Below, one piece after another: positions 35,271-45,497 of a stretch of DNA of 64,000 nt (its first letter is position 1; the number at the start of each line of letters is the position of its first letter). Origin of the DNA: a virus; the IMG/VR virus record IMGVR_UViG_3300023184_009074, positions 19,445 through 83,444 of that record; one strand, given 5' to 3'. The translations under genes were made by a program, and so were the position numbers. The notes under the pieces were generated by a model. The model ran no database searches, had not been told where the DNA came from, and saw only the letters and a program-made list of their open reading frames with translations.

Positions 35271-37607
35271 TTAAATAGTGCCAGTTCTTTGTATTGTAAA
35301 TTCAATAAATATGAATTCTACTGCCTTAGTTGGAATTATGCCAATTTTTGCTCTCAATTCGTTTCTATCAATAACATCAGGAGTATTTAGCTTTTCATCG
35401 CATTCAACTGTGTAAGCAATTAATCCTCTTTGTATTAATACAGAATCTAATATTCTTTTTGCTAATGAAACAAATTGACTTCTTGTTGATTCATCGTTAG
35501 GTTCAAACAATAGTGATTTTGCACTATTTTTAATTTGTCTTTCAACATAAAACATCATTCTGCGAACATTTACTCGATCAAGAGCAGTTGGTCGCCTTTG
35601 TAATGTTTTCTGTCCGAATATTACAAAACCATTGGTGTCAGCAAATGTAACAATAGGATTTATAGCATTGCCATTGCCATACATCAGATCTCTTTCTGCT
35701 AAGGTTGGCCTATTGTAAACATCTAAAACATTATTTAAAACACCTCTGGTAAGACCAGCAGGAGCATACCAAGGACCAGCATTATTATCGTTTTGTGCAT
35801 AAACGCCACAAACAGAACCGCTTGGTGGAACCCAAACATTAATTCCATTGTCTGCATCGTTAATCATTAACCAAGGCCAGTACAAAGCTGCGAAGTCAGT
35901 ATTTAAAGGGAAACTATTTAGTGGATGAACACCATTTGCCCATTGAATAATTTCACGAACAGTTAATCCAAAAGGTGGATCAATTATTGCAAAAGCATCT
36001 CCACGCTCTGTACACATATCAATCAAGGCCTTGACAACTCTTGTTGAGGAATGCCCAGGAACTGCTACGACATCAATTGTTAGCTGATCTGGCTCACTTA
36101 ATGCCCAAAGACCAGTATAAGATATGCGATTTCCAATCAAAAGTGAATCTTGATCATCTGGATCAGGTGGAATACCATCAGTTCCCCCAGTTAAAACAGA
36201 TCCAGCTGGGCTATTGTTTGCTGGTGGAGCAGCAACAAGTGTATTATCAATAGCTCTTATATAGTCACTAACAAGATTCAAGTAAGTTTCAATATAATAA
36301 CGACTGCCAGGATTCTTTGATAATTGACCCCAAGCTTCGACTTGAAATCCTTTGTTGAAAACCAAAAGATTAAAATTACCAGTCTCAGGATCGTTTTCAA
36401 TAAGAATAGAAGTATCATTTCCATCAATACCAGCTGAATCAGCAGTAATAGTCATGCTAACATCAGTTGTCGAAGAAACGCCATTAATTATACCTAAAGT
36501 ATCAACATTTATATCTGAACTGCTTCCAGCAGGAGAAACACCGATTGCTGTAGTTCCAGTAAATCCAAATACAACTGATGCAGTTGCATTTGTTTTTATT
36601 AAAATTTTTGCATCTCTACCATTATGAAGAGTTTCAAATGCTAATTTATCTCCAATGGCTTTTGCATAAAAACCACCTGGTAAGTTTAATATCTCAGTAT
36701 TGATTGCCGATACTACATCTGCAATTACTTGATTAGATCCTTCAATTGAAGCAAGAGATATAACTTGAATTACTCCATCAATATTTGGATTATCAGTTCC
36801 ATCTACTACTATTTCTAAACTTTGACTAGTAAGACCAGTAAAATCATAGCTGCCATCTGCTTGATAAGGATCGGAAGTTGGGTATTTAGAAGAAGCACCA
36901 GTACTTTCAGCTGTCATCATTCCAGTTCCAAGACCAACTTCACTATTTTCGCCATAAAGTGAATTTAAAACAGAAACAAATTCAATAGAGGCTTCGTTTC
37001 CATATGCCCAAACTGATTTTACGCCAAGGGTATCGCTGAAGCCATCAGTATAAACGAAGAATTCAATACCGTCAATATCTGGAATTAATTGATCGTTTAA
37101 TAAGTTTACAATTTCAGCAGCTGTATAAGTTCCTGTTGGAACTACAACAATTTTTGAAGCCAAAGTTCCATTTAGTTTCCATCTAAAGAAACTATCGTTA
37201 GAAATTACATAGGTATTGTAAGCTCCAATATAGTTTGAATGAATTTCTACAACAGAACCAGCAGCAGTCAAATCAACGCTTGCAGTCGTTGCAGCGTAAT
37301 CAACAACAGTATTTGTTTCTGCAACTCTTAAAATATAACAAGCTTGTGAAGATCTAAGATATTGTGAAGCAGCATAAATAAGATAAGGATCGCCAGTATC
37401 AGGATGTGCATAGCCAAAAACTCTAGTTAAATCATTTTGGTTATTAATAAGTGTAGGTAGATTGATTGGGCCTTTTGATGCAAATCCAACGAAAGCCCCA
37501 ATGGTTCCGCTTTGAAGAGTATCTCCATAAAAGCTTAAGTCTCTCTCAGCAATTCTTACTGAAGGACTAATAGTATTTGAAGGTGGAAAGCCTTTTAATA
37601 ATGCCAT
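35271..37607 (-). CDS. contractile tail sheath protein (gp18 family)
   Basis: SPSVRIAERDLS, KGP, YWPW, VPPSG, WYAPAG..RG, INPI, GQKTL, DRVNVRR, FEPND, EFIFIEF. Confidence 0.96.
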   Translation of the reverse strand: MALLKGFPPSNTISPSVRIAERDLSFYGDTLQSGTIGAFVGFASKGPINLPTLINNQNDLTRVFGYAHPDTGDPYLIYAASQYLRSSQACYILRVAETNTVVDYAATTASVDLTAAGSVVEIHSNYIGAYNTYVISNDSFFRWKLNGTLASKIVVVPTGTYTAAEIVNLLNDQLIPDIDGIEFFVYTDGFSDTLGVKSVWAYGNEASIEFVSVLNSLYGENSEVGLGTGMMTAESTGASSKYPTSDPYQADGSYDFTGLTSQSLEIVVDGTDNPNIDGVIQVISLASIEGSNQVIADVVSAINTEILNLPGGFYAKAIGDKLAFETLHNGRDAKILIKTNATASVVFGFTGTTAIGVSPAGSSSDINVDTLGIINGVSSTTDVSMTITADSAGIDGNDTSILIENDPETGNFNLLVFNKGFQVEAWGQLSKNPGSRYYIETYLNLVSDYIRAIDNTLVAAPPANNSPAGSVLTGGTDGIPPDPDDQDSLLIGNRISYTGLWALSEPDQLTIDVVAVPGHSSTRVVKALIDMCTERGDAFAIIDPPFGLTVREIIQWANGVHPLNSFPLNTDFAALYWPWLMINDADNGINVWVPPSGSVCGVYAQNDNNAGPWYAPAGLTRGVLNNVLDVYNRPTLAERDLMYGNGNAINPIVTFADTNGFVIFGQKTLQRRPTALDRVNVRRMMFYVERQIKNSAKSLLFEPNDESTRSQFVSLAKRILDSVLIQRGLIAYTVECDEKLNTPDVIDRNELRAKIGIIPTKAVEFIFIEFTIQRTGTI

Positions 37608-37626
37608 GATTTTTCTCCCTTTTTTC

Positions 37627-37827
37627 TTATACGGTTCGTTTAGTAGTAATTAATCCTGCTTCAACAGCACGATCTATATATTCAGTTGCTCTTTCATCTT
37701 GTAACAAAAAAATATTATTTTTTTTGCCAATTCCTGGAATATTCAAGCAAGTGAATGAATTTGGTATTTTTGTAGATTTAACTACAATTTGCACTGGGTA
37801 TTTTTTCTTGTTTGTAATTTCAATCAT
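37627..37827 (-). CDS. small hypothetical protein in the tail operon
   Basis: 66 aa, AAGGAG SD, ATGA coupling. Confidence 0.65.
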   Translation of the reverse strand: MIEITNKKKYPVQIVVKSTKIPNSFTCLNIPGIGKKNNIFLLQDERATEYIDRAVEAGLITTKRTV

Positions 37828-38816
37828 TTACTTAACTCCTTAACCGATTCTTCAATTCTTCCGATTACTTCTGTAATGTCTTCTTCCTTTAAGCCATTTA
37901 CAAATTCTGTTCTTGTTTCCAAAACAGTTTTTTTTCTCACAAGAGGTTGTGCTACATAAGTCTCGGCAGTCAATGAGATTTCATATTTTATGACTCTTAA
38001 TGCAGCATCACCTGGTTCTTGATTTAGGTTATTTGCAATCGAATCAAGCTTAACTGGAATCTCCCAATTAATACCTCGTACAGTTATATATGAAATAGGT
38101 GAGAATTTTAAAAAAATTTGTTCTAAAATTTGATTAATATCTTCAACATACAAAGTCCATATTCCTAATTTATAAGAAACATCAATTGGTATTCCTCTTG
38201 AAACTCCAAAGACTGTATCTTTTTCATATTTTTCAGATCCATAAAAACTTGGCTTGCCTTTTACATCTCTAAGATAATTTACTGCTGCATGATATGTATA
38301 ACGATTTTGATTGAAAGAATACCCAGTGCTACTTATAGACATCATTGGAATTCTTATTCTATCAACAACTAATGTATCGTCTTTTCTTGCGTTTTCTTGG
38401 AGCATAAAAGCAACGGCTCTTTCTTGTGTGCCCCAGATAATAGGAATTGGATGTGCTTTGCCAGATTCATCTATAACAACTATATTTCTAAACAATCCCA
38501 TTACAGCTTCATCTGTTCCACGCAAAGATTTTGCATATCTAAAAACTGTATCACGCACTGGAGTTTCTAGATCATTTATAATTTTTCCACTTTGAATTGG
38601 ATCGCAATTATTTTCTTGCCCTAAATTTGTTTTTGTATTTTGCGAATCAGTAAACCAACTTTCTTTAGCTCCATCTACATTATTTTGATTTAAAGGATCT
38701 TTATTACAGTAACCAGGAGGCGGATCAATATTATTGCTTTGTCCTAAAGGACTTTTGCAATTGATATTGTTTAGTGCTTCTTCTGAAGAATTAATTTGTG
38801 GACCAAAATTTTTCAT
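37824..38816 (-). CDS. tail sheath stabiliser/terminator (gp15-like)
   Basis: IPIIWG, RIPMMSI, PIDVSYKLGIW, DINQILEQI; upstream of the sheath gene. Confidence 0.7.
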   Translation of the reverse strand: MKNFGPQINSSEEALNNINCKSPLGQSNNIDPPPGYCNKDPLNQNNVDGAKESWFTDSQNTKTNLGQENNCDPIQSGKIINDLETPVRDTVFRYAKSLRGTDEAVMGLFRNIVVIDESGKAHPIPIIWGTQERAVAFMLQENARKDDTLVVDRIRIPMMSISSTGYSFNQNRYTYHAAVNYLRDVKGKPSFYGSEKYEKDTVFGVSRGIPIDVSYKLGIWTLYVEDINQILEQIFLKFSPISYITVRGINWEIPVKLDSIANNLNQEPGDAALRVIKYEISLTAETYVAQPLVRKKTVLETRTEFVNGLKEEDITEVIGRIEESVKELSK

Positions 38817-38859
38817 TTTAAAACCTTTTAAATATTTATTATAACATAATAAATAAATT

Positions 38860-39081
38860 ATGATTAATTTTAAAGAATGGTTAAAATTACAAGAATATGC
38901 TTTTCATAATTATTTTGGACCACTTACTGGAACAGGGGTAAACGATGAACCTTTTTCAAAAGCAGGTGTGCGTTCTAAATATATTGGACCAGCAGATACA
39001 TTCAGTTCTAATGGAATAGAGAACACTCCTGAATGTTTATATTTAAAAAAACATTGTCCCAAGAAACATAAAAGGAAATAA
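38860..39081 (+). CDS. small protein, CTS-like N-terminus
   Basis: MINFKEWLKLQE; TAATAAATA-aatt-ATG. Confidence 0.75.
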   Translation: MINFKEWLKLQEYAFHNYFGPLTGTGVNDEPFSKAGVRSKYIGPADTFSSNGIENTPECLYLKKHCPKKHKRK

Positions 39082-39359
39082 TGGCATCATTAGGATTTTT
39101 AATTGAAAAGCTTTCTAAATCTACAGATTCAAACAAAGAAGAAAAAATAAAAGAAATAATATCTTTTGGTAAAAATATTCGTGATGATTTTTGGGATGAT
39201 TTTATTTTATTATTAAATGATCCTGATGGATTGTCTGCATTATTAGGAGTATCAGAAGATTTAATTGTAACATGGCATAGTAAAATTAAAAAATATTTAA
39301 ATGATAAAGATGATGAATTAGAGATATATAAAAAAAGAAGAAAAATTTTAAAAAATTGA
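39081..39359 (+). CDS. hypothetical protein
   Basis: 92 aa, SD AAAAGGA, TAATG coupling. Confidence 0.7.
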   Translation: MASLGFLIEKLSKSTDSNKEEKIKEIISFGKNIRDDFWDDFILLLNDPDGLSALLGVSEDLIVTWHSKIKKYLNDKDDELEIYKKRRKILKN

Positions 39360-39369
39360 AAGGAAAAAA

Positions 39370-39744
39370 ATGAAGAAATTTAATTCTTGGTTAAATGAAA
39401 GTAAGTTTGAGGAAAAAAATATTATTAAAGAGGTTGATTTTAATAGTCCTTTCGCAAATATAAATAGACTTTCTTCATTGGAAAAAACTCCTCTTAAGAA
39501 ATTTCAAAGAACCATTCAAGATTTAAAGGAAAAACACGGTAGTGATTTTAAAAGTACAGCATCTAACAACAGAGCGATGCTTCTTAATAGTATAAGTTTA
39601 GTTCCATATGATAATGTTGATGATTTTATGAGGGATTGGAATTATGTGAAAAATCATGTATCTCATACAGAAGATTTGAAAGTAGATAATCCTGTAGAGT
39701 TAGATAATTCTATAAAAGATGATTTAAATGTCGATAGAAAATAA
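39370..39744 (+). CDS. hypothetical protein, CTS-like N-terminus
   Basis: MKKFNSWLNES; GAAAGGA SD. Confidence 0.75.
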   Translation: MKKFNSWLNESKFEEKNIIKEVDFNSPFANINRLSSLEKTPLKKFQRTIQDLKEKHGSDFKSTASNNRAMLLNSISLVPYDNVDDFMRDWNYVKNHVSHTEDLKVDNPVELDNSIKDDLNVDRK

Positions 39745-39766
39745 AGAATTAATACTTTTTTAATTA

Positions 39767-40918
39767 ATGAACAATAAAGAATTAAATATGAATAGCATAA
39801 AATCATATCTTTCAAGGGAAGATATTCAGAAGCAAATTAAAATTGCTATACAAAATCATAAAAATATAGGATCTAACACTTATGATAAATTGAAAAATCA
39901 ATTTAACATTAAAGAAAACTCATTAGTTGAAAAGGTTCATGTTCAGAATAATGAATTGTTGCAAAAAAATAACTTTCAAGTAAGAAGATCTTCTATTATT
40001 AGAAATGATTCAGATAGAGAAGAAATAAATTTTTTAAAATTTATTTCTGAATTAGATGAATTTATGAATGGTGACAAAAATGTTTATTTAACATTTGGTG
40101 GTGTTGGTGATTTATTATTACTTCTTGCTGTTTGTTACAATAACGAAAAAGCAAATATAATTTTTTTAGCAAACGATGAATCAAACCAGTTTGCTAAAAA
40201 ATTTCTAGATTATTTTAATTTAAAATATGTTACTTACAAGAATTTAATGGGAACAAAATATTGTAATACTCTTTATAAAAAAGTTACTAGTCATCCTAAT
40301 TTTACTTTATCTGCACATTTAGCAGATAGATGCGATTATGGAGATTGGAGAAAAAATACTGATAAGTATAAGAACAGATTAGTATTTGGAACAGAATGGG
40401 TTAAGCTAATAGGAATTAAAAAAAGAGATAAGAAATATGCAATAGTTTGTCCTTCTGGTTCGCATAAATGCGAACATAGAAGAAGACACTTAAATATTCA
40501 AGAATATAATACTATTGTGAAAAAGTATTTAGAAAAAGGTTATGAAGTAATTACTGCAAGTAGCAAAAATGATTTAAAAAATTTGGGATTTTATCCTAAT
40601 AAGAATTGTTATTGGCTTACAGACTCCGAACTTATTAATTACAGAGGTTTAAGTCAACAAATTGACTTTAATGTTTTTTTGCAAATTATTATTTCTTGTG
40701 ATGATTTAGTATCAATGGATACATGGATTAAAACATTTATGGCATTATGTGGTAAACCAGCACATGTTATAAAGACTAGATATAATTCTAAATATCAAGA
40801 AATAGGAAAAGAATCTTGTGATTACATATTTTTAAATAAAGATTTTTGGCCAAAACTAAAAATGCATACCTGTGAAGATTTTATTGAATATCTTGATTAT
40901 TTACCAGAAGAACTATAA
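39767..40918 (+). CDS. GT-B fold glycosyltransferase (GT9-like)
   Basis: GGVGDLLL, CPSGS, LVSMDT...A.CGKP. Confidence 0.5.
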   Translation: MNNKELNMNSIKSYLSREDIQKQIKIAIQNHKNIGSNTYDKLKNQFNIKENSLVEKVHVQNNELLQKNNFQVRRSSIIRNDSDREEINFLKFISELDEFMNGDKNVYLTFGGVGDLLLLLAVCYNNEKANIIFLANDESNQFAKKFLDYFNLKYVTYKNLMGTKYCNTLYKKVTSHPNFTLSAHLADRCDYGDWRKNTDKYKNRLVFGTEWVKLIGIKKRDKKYAIVCPSGSHKCEHRRRHLNIQEYNTIVKKYLEKGYEVITASSKNDLKNLGFYPNKNCYWLTDSELINYRGLSQQIDFNVFLQIIISCDDLVSMDTWIKTFMALCGKPAHVIKTRYNSKYQEIGKESCDYIFLNKDFWPKLKMHTCEDFIEYLDYLPEEL

Positions 40919-41287
40919 ATTATTATTCTCGGCAACTAAATTTTTAGTAATTACACATGTATTTTTTGCTTCTACTAAATTTAACAATTCATCATAAAAA
41001 TAAGATTTTGCTAATTCTACTGCTTCGTTTTTAGTAACAAGCTCATCTGGATTATAAAAAAAATTAGTATTGTCTTTATAAAGAACAACCATTTTATTTG
41101 TTGAATAAGGTCCACCTGTAAAAATTAACTTTCTAATGCTTATAGATTCTAATTTGCCTTTTTTTGCTTTGTAACTTAGCCACGCAATATCTCCAACATT
41201 GAATTTATGGAATATGTTAATTCTTTTAAAGTAACCAGTACACAGACCAAATCTTATTTTGCCACTGCCAGTATAATTGTAGTTCAT
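40913..41287 (-). CDS. hypothetical protein (KFxVGD SH3-like motif)
   Basis: KFNVGDIAWL...FYNPDEL. Confidence 0.6.
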   Translation of the reverse strand: MNYNYTGSGKIRFGLCTGYFKRINIFHKFNVGDIAWLSYKAKKGKLESISIRKLIFTGGPYSTNKMVVLYKDNTNFFYNPDELVTKNEAVELAKSYFYDELLNLVEAKNTCVITKNLVAENNNL

Positions 41288-41294
41288 ATATTAT

Positions 41295-42095
41295 TTATTT
41301 TAAAGATTTTTTTTTTAAATCATTTTCATTAAATATCTTTGTTGTTTTTCCATTTGTTGCTTGATATTTAATTTCATTTTTTGAATTTAAAACATTGACT
41401 ACAGTCCAAACATGTAATTTATTATCAAAACATAATTCTCCTTTGGAAAATTTATTTTTTATTAAAGATACTGATTCTAATTCATTTATTTTATCAATTA
41501 CACTTTGAATTTTTGAATTAAGATTGTTTTGATAAAAATCATCAATTTCAGATGAATCACGCAATTCGTTTTCATTAAATATTCTATTTTCTGATTTATT
41601 GCTTGCGTTAATAACAATTGAGTTATTCTGTTTCAATACTGATTTAATTTTCCATTGAATTCCGTAAACATCATATGCAATATCATCTGGTCTAAATTTA
41701 ATTGATAAACTCAATGATTCAGGTTCTGGAGTAGGTACATATGAGTTTAGTTGATTAATTTTATTGATGATTGTTTCTATTTCATTGTCTAATTTATTTT
41801 GATGTATTGCGTTAATTTCAGCAGCATTAAATAAATTAAAATTATCAAATCTAACAATATTAATTCCATTAAAAGCATCATAAAAAGAAATATTATTTTC
41901 ATAATAGACATTTACAATACGCCATTCTATTCCTTTTAAATCATAGCCAATATCGAATGGAACAAATTTTAAAATTGATCTAAATTCAAATATACTAATT
42001 GATGTGTATGCTACCCCAGAAAGGGTTACTTTGCCTTGCCCATCATAAGCAAAGCATTTCAAATTCAAATTCATTAAGTATTGAATAATATGCAT
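41295..42095 (-). CDS. protein with three internal SH3/Tudor-like repeats
   Basis: KF.P.DI.YD..GI.W.I..V ... A.N.....F.E..L repeated three times. Confidence 0.65.
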   Translation of the reverse strand: MHIIQYLMNLNLKCFAYDGQGKVTLSGVAYTSISIFEFRSILKFVPFDIGYDLKGIEWRIVNVYYENNISFYDAFNGINIVRFDNFNLFNAAEINAIHQNKLDNEIETIINKINQLNSYVPTPEPESLSLSIKFRPDDIAYDVYGIQWKIKSVLKQNNSIVINASNKSENRIFNENELRDSSEIDDFYQNNLNSKIQSVIDKINELESVSLIKNKFSKGELCFDNKLHVWTVVNVLNSKNEIKYQATNGKTTKIFNENDLKKKSLK

Positions 42096-42129
42096 ACTTT
42101 ATTTATTTAAATAAGAAAATAAAAACGAA

Positions 42130-42666
42130 TTATTCTTTTTGTCCCATGATTTTAGCGTAGACATTTTGATGGTTAGGATTATTATTTATTATTCTAACTC
42201 TAATACCGTAAGGATCTAGGGTAGATGTTATTATTTCTGCTTGAACAAATTCCATTAAAATATAAGGAACTGCACTTGAGTAAAATCCTGTAGCGATAGT
42301 AGTCGCATTAATAATATTTCCTGCATTTAATACTCCATAATCAACAACTACTTTACATGGCCCTCCAGAAGAACTTGCCATAATGCCTTTTAAATAAAGT
42401 GTTGTAGAGGGGGCTAGAGTGTAATAAATATCGCCACTTGAGTATGGAGCAACAGAATTTACTTCTCCATATTCACTTACAACTTTAGTATTATCCGTAG
42501 TTAAATTACTTGAAAATATAGTTCCTGATACTGGTTGAACAACACCGCTATTATCAACTTTTAAAGCGTTGTTAATAACAACAGCTACTAAATCAGCTTG
42601 TCCAGAATCTCCAGTGTAGCCATCTCCGAATATTGTAACGCCTAAACCAGTATTTATATCAGGCAT
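42130..42666 (-). CDS. hypothetical, probable virion protein
   Basis: 178 aa, beta-rich, G/S/T/V-rich; AGGA SD. Confidence 0.6.
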   Translation of the reverse strand: MPDINTGLGVTIFGDGYTGDSGQADLVAVVINNALKVDNSGVVQPVSGTIFSSNLTTDNTKVVSEYGEVNSVAPYSSGDIYYTLAPSTTLYLKGIMASSSGGPCKVVVDYGVLNAGNIINATTIATGFYSSAVPYILMEFVQAEIITSTLDPYGIRVRIINNNPNHQNVYAKIMGQKE

Positions 42667-42803
42667 ATTATTCCTACTTTTAAATATAATATTTAATATT
42701 ATGTATTATATTATATTGAAAAATATATTTAAATATATAAATGATTTTTTAAAAATTAAATATTTTACATTGAATGTAATTGATATTTTTTTTACTTAAA
42801 TAT

Positions 42804-43409
42804 TTAAATGTTTGTAGTCTCAAATCCTAAAAGTGTTGCTTCGTAATTTGCAGCTGGAGGGTTTCCATTATACGAAGAAATTAAATTTCCAACAATTTTA
42901 ATTCTATATCCTTCTGGAATTGAGCCAATTGAAGTGGCAAGATTAAATATTCCATTTAAATTTCCCGCATTAGTTCTGTATGTGAAATATGTTTGACTAT
43001 TTAATAAATCATCTTGAATAATTAATTTATATTTAGCTGGAAGATCACCGCTTACATTAAAACCAGATATGTTAAAGCTTTTACCAGAATCAACAAGATA
43101 ATTTAAAATTATTGTATTGCTTAAAACTACATTTGTTTTTTCTTCATATATTGGAAATATATTTGTTACATGTGGAATATTTCTTGTTACTATTCCATAT
43201 TCGCAGCCTTCTGCACTAGTATTCTGAATGCTGCAAATTTCTTCTAGGTTTTCTCCACCTATTACAATTCTTGCTCTATGTCTAAGTTGAGTTGTAGGGC
43301 CAGGTCCAATCGGAAACAAAATTTTTGTTTCATCCATTATACTTCCGCCTTGTCCTGGACAAAGCTCAGTAAATGTAGACCTGTTTATTATTGGTTCATT
43401 GTTACACAT
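42804..43409 (-). CDS. hypothetical, probable virion protein
   Basis: 201 aa, beta-rich. Confidence 0.6.
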   Translation of the reverse strand: MCNNEPIINRSTFTELCPGQGGSIMDETKILFPIGPGPTTQLRHRARIVIGGENLEEICSIQNTSAEGCEYGIVTRNIPHVTNIFPIYEEKTNVVLSNTIILNYLVDSGKSFNISGFNVSGDLPAKYKLIIQDDLLNSQTYFTYRTNAGNLNGIFNLATSIGSIPEGYRIKIVGNLISSYNGNPPAANYEATLLGFETTNI

Positions 43410-43505
43410 TTTTTTATTAATTCATTTATTATTAGTTCATAGTTACACATTTTTAATTGTCACATAATATATATTTTAATCTTATATTTTTTGGAAATTA
43501 AATTT

Positions 43506-44591
43506 ATGAACAATAGAAATTTAAAGAACATACCTTGCAATTTACTTCCTTATATAAAAGAAAATGTTATCTCTTTTCAGAGCGAAGAGCAAAAATTAGG
43601 CTGGCAAATAACTAATTTCAATATACCAGACATATGGAAATTTTCCAAAGGTGAGAATGTTAAAGTGGCAGTTTTGGATACTGGAATTGATTTAGAGCAT
43701 AGTGATTTAAAAGAAAATATAGAAAATGGTGCTAATTTTGTAGAAAAAGATTTGCCTCCTCAAGATTTTAATTCTCATGGAACTCATGTTTCAGGCATTA
43801 TTGCAGCAAAAAACAATGATTTTGGAATAGTTGGAATAGCACCTAAAGCTAAAATAATACCAATCAAAGTATTAAATAATTATGGTGCTGGAGATATGGA
43901 AGCTGTATTAAACGGTATCAATTATGCTGTAAGTGTAAAAGCAGATATTATTTGCATGTCTTTGGGAACAAGAGATCCAATCGAAGAAATTAGAGTTGCA
44001 ATAGAAAATGCAGCAAAGAATAATACTGTTTGTTTTGTTGCTGCTGGAAATGCAGGTAATACAGAGCAGCTTTTATATCCTGCTGCATATACAGAAGCTA
44101 TATCAATTGGTGCCGTAGATGAGAATTGCTTAAGAGCAAGTTTTAGTTGTACAGGGCCAAACTTAGATTTTGTAGCACCTGGCGTTAAAATTTACAGTAG
44201 TGTTCCAAAAAATACTTATGCTTACATGAGTGGATCTAGCATGGCATGCCCATTTGCTGTTGGTGTAGCAGCGTTAATTTTATCTTCTAAAAGAAATATT
44301 GATCCAAATGCTACAATGAATGCAGATGATTACAGAGAGGTTTTCAAGGAAAATTCTAAGACTGTGAAAAATTTAGAAGAATTATTGGCAAAGCAAGGAA
44401 CTTCTAGATTTTGGCAAGGCATGGGTATTATAAATCCAGAAAGTTTTTCAGAATGGGTAGAGCTTAAGAACATTGAAACAATCAGAGAGAAAATTACAAA
44501 TTTAATAGATTTGATTAATATGATTAAAAATAAATCAAATTTAAGTAGAATAATTAAAGAAAAAGATTTACTTGTTTCAAAATTAAATTAA
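43506..44591 (+). CDS. subtilisin-like S8 serine protease
   Basis: VLDTG, HGTHVSG, AAGN, SGSSMACP; intact D-H-S triad; likely ATG at 43506. Confidence 0.93.
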   Translation: MNNRNLKNIPCNLLPYIKENVISFQSEEQKLGWQITNFNIPDIWKFSKGENVKVAVLDTGIDLEHSDLKENIENGANFVEKDLPPQDFNSHGTHVSGIIAAKNNDFGIVGIAPKAKIIPIKVLNNYGAGDMEAVLNGINYAVSVKADIICMSLGTRDPIEEIRVAIENAAKNNTVCFVAAGNAGNTEQLLYPAAYTEAISIGAVDENCLRASFSCTGPNLDFVAPGVKIYSSVPKNTYAYMSGSSMACPFAVGVAALILSSKRNIDPNATMNADDYREVFKENSKTVKNLEELLAKQGTSRFWQGMGIINPESFSEWVELKNIETIREKITNLIDLINMIKNKSNLSRIIKEKDLLVSKLN

Positions 44592-45037
44592 TTATTTTTT
44601 ATGTTTTTTATTATTTCTTTAATGTGAGTAGATTCTTCTTTGTTTTTAAATAATTTTTCTAAATCATTTATTACATGAGAAACAAGTATAGATTCTTTTT
44701 TATTTAATGCTATTTTACCAGTGTGTTTTTTTGAACCATGATAAGATTCTAGTATTTCTTCAAAATCTTTCTTGAAATAAACATAGCACAAAGAGCATCC
44801 TGCTCTTTTTTTACAAATATCAATAATATTTGATTGGCATTCGGGACATCTTTTTTCTATTTTATTACTTAATTCATTTCGTTCAGTTTCTATTAAATTA
44901 TTATTTTTTTTTATTTTGTATATACATTCCTCACAGCAGTTGTGATTTTTTTCTTTTCCATCTTCTAGCGTTAAATGAATAACTACATTTTTAATGTTAA
45001 GACATTTTGTTTTATCAAAAAAACATATATCATTCAT
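44588..45037 (-). CDS. McsA-like zinc-finger protein
   Basis: VIHLT..DG.....CCEEC, CPEC, RAGCSLCY..F...LESYHG...HTGK. Confidence 0.7.
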   Translation of the reverse strand: MNDICFFDKTKCLNIKNVVIHLTLEDGKEKNHNCCEECIYKIKKNNNLIETERNELSNKIEKRCPECQSNIIDICKKRAGCSLCYVYFKKDFEEILESYHGSKKHTGKIALNKKESILVSHVINDLEKLFKNKEESTHIKEIIKNIKNN

Positions 45038-45491
45038 TTTTAATTCCTAAAAAGATTTCTTTATCCAATTCAGTAAACCACTCTGGCTTTATTGCATAAA
45101 GATAAATTTTTAATTTTTTATCAATATTATCAAGATCTTTTATTGCATTTTTATAATTATAAATTAATTTTTGGTCTTCGTCTTTATTTTCTTTATTAAG
45201 GTCAGTAATTTTATTAGACAAAGCAGTTTTACATGACTTAACAATAATTTGTTTTATGATATTTTTTTTTATGTCATCAAACTCATCGTATTTTATTATT
45301 TTATTATTTTTAGAGGCTTCCGATGAATTCCAAAACTTTTCATCGTTAAAATTATTTTTTATTTTTAAATAAGTACTATAGGTATCATCTTTTTTAAAAT
45401 CAGTTTCGTTTTCTTGAAATCTTGCAAATAAATGTGGAATTAAAAATATTATTATCAATACAGTAAAATAAACTTTTCTTGATTCTATCAT
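45030..45491 (-). CDS. hypothetical protein with N-terminal TM/signal
   Basis: VYFTVLIIIFLIPHLFA. Confidence 0.65.
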   Translation of the reverse strand: MIESRKVYFTVLIIIFLIPHLFARFQENETDFKKDDTYSTYLKIKNNFNDEKFWNSSEASKNNKIIKYDEFDDIKKNIIKQIIVKSCKTALSNKITDLNKENKDEDQKLIYNYKNAIKDLDNIDKKLKIYLYAIKPEWFTELDKEIFLGIKNE

Positions 45492-45497
45492 AATTAT

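Noticed and set aside
36041-38595. Plus-strand ORFs within the sheath and gp15-like genes
   Set aside because: Antisense shadows of structural genes.
42667-42803. Very AT-rich intergenic gap as an origin or ncRNA
   Set aside because: No iterons, stable hairpin or tRNA-like fold visible; cannot be supported.
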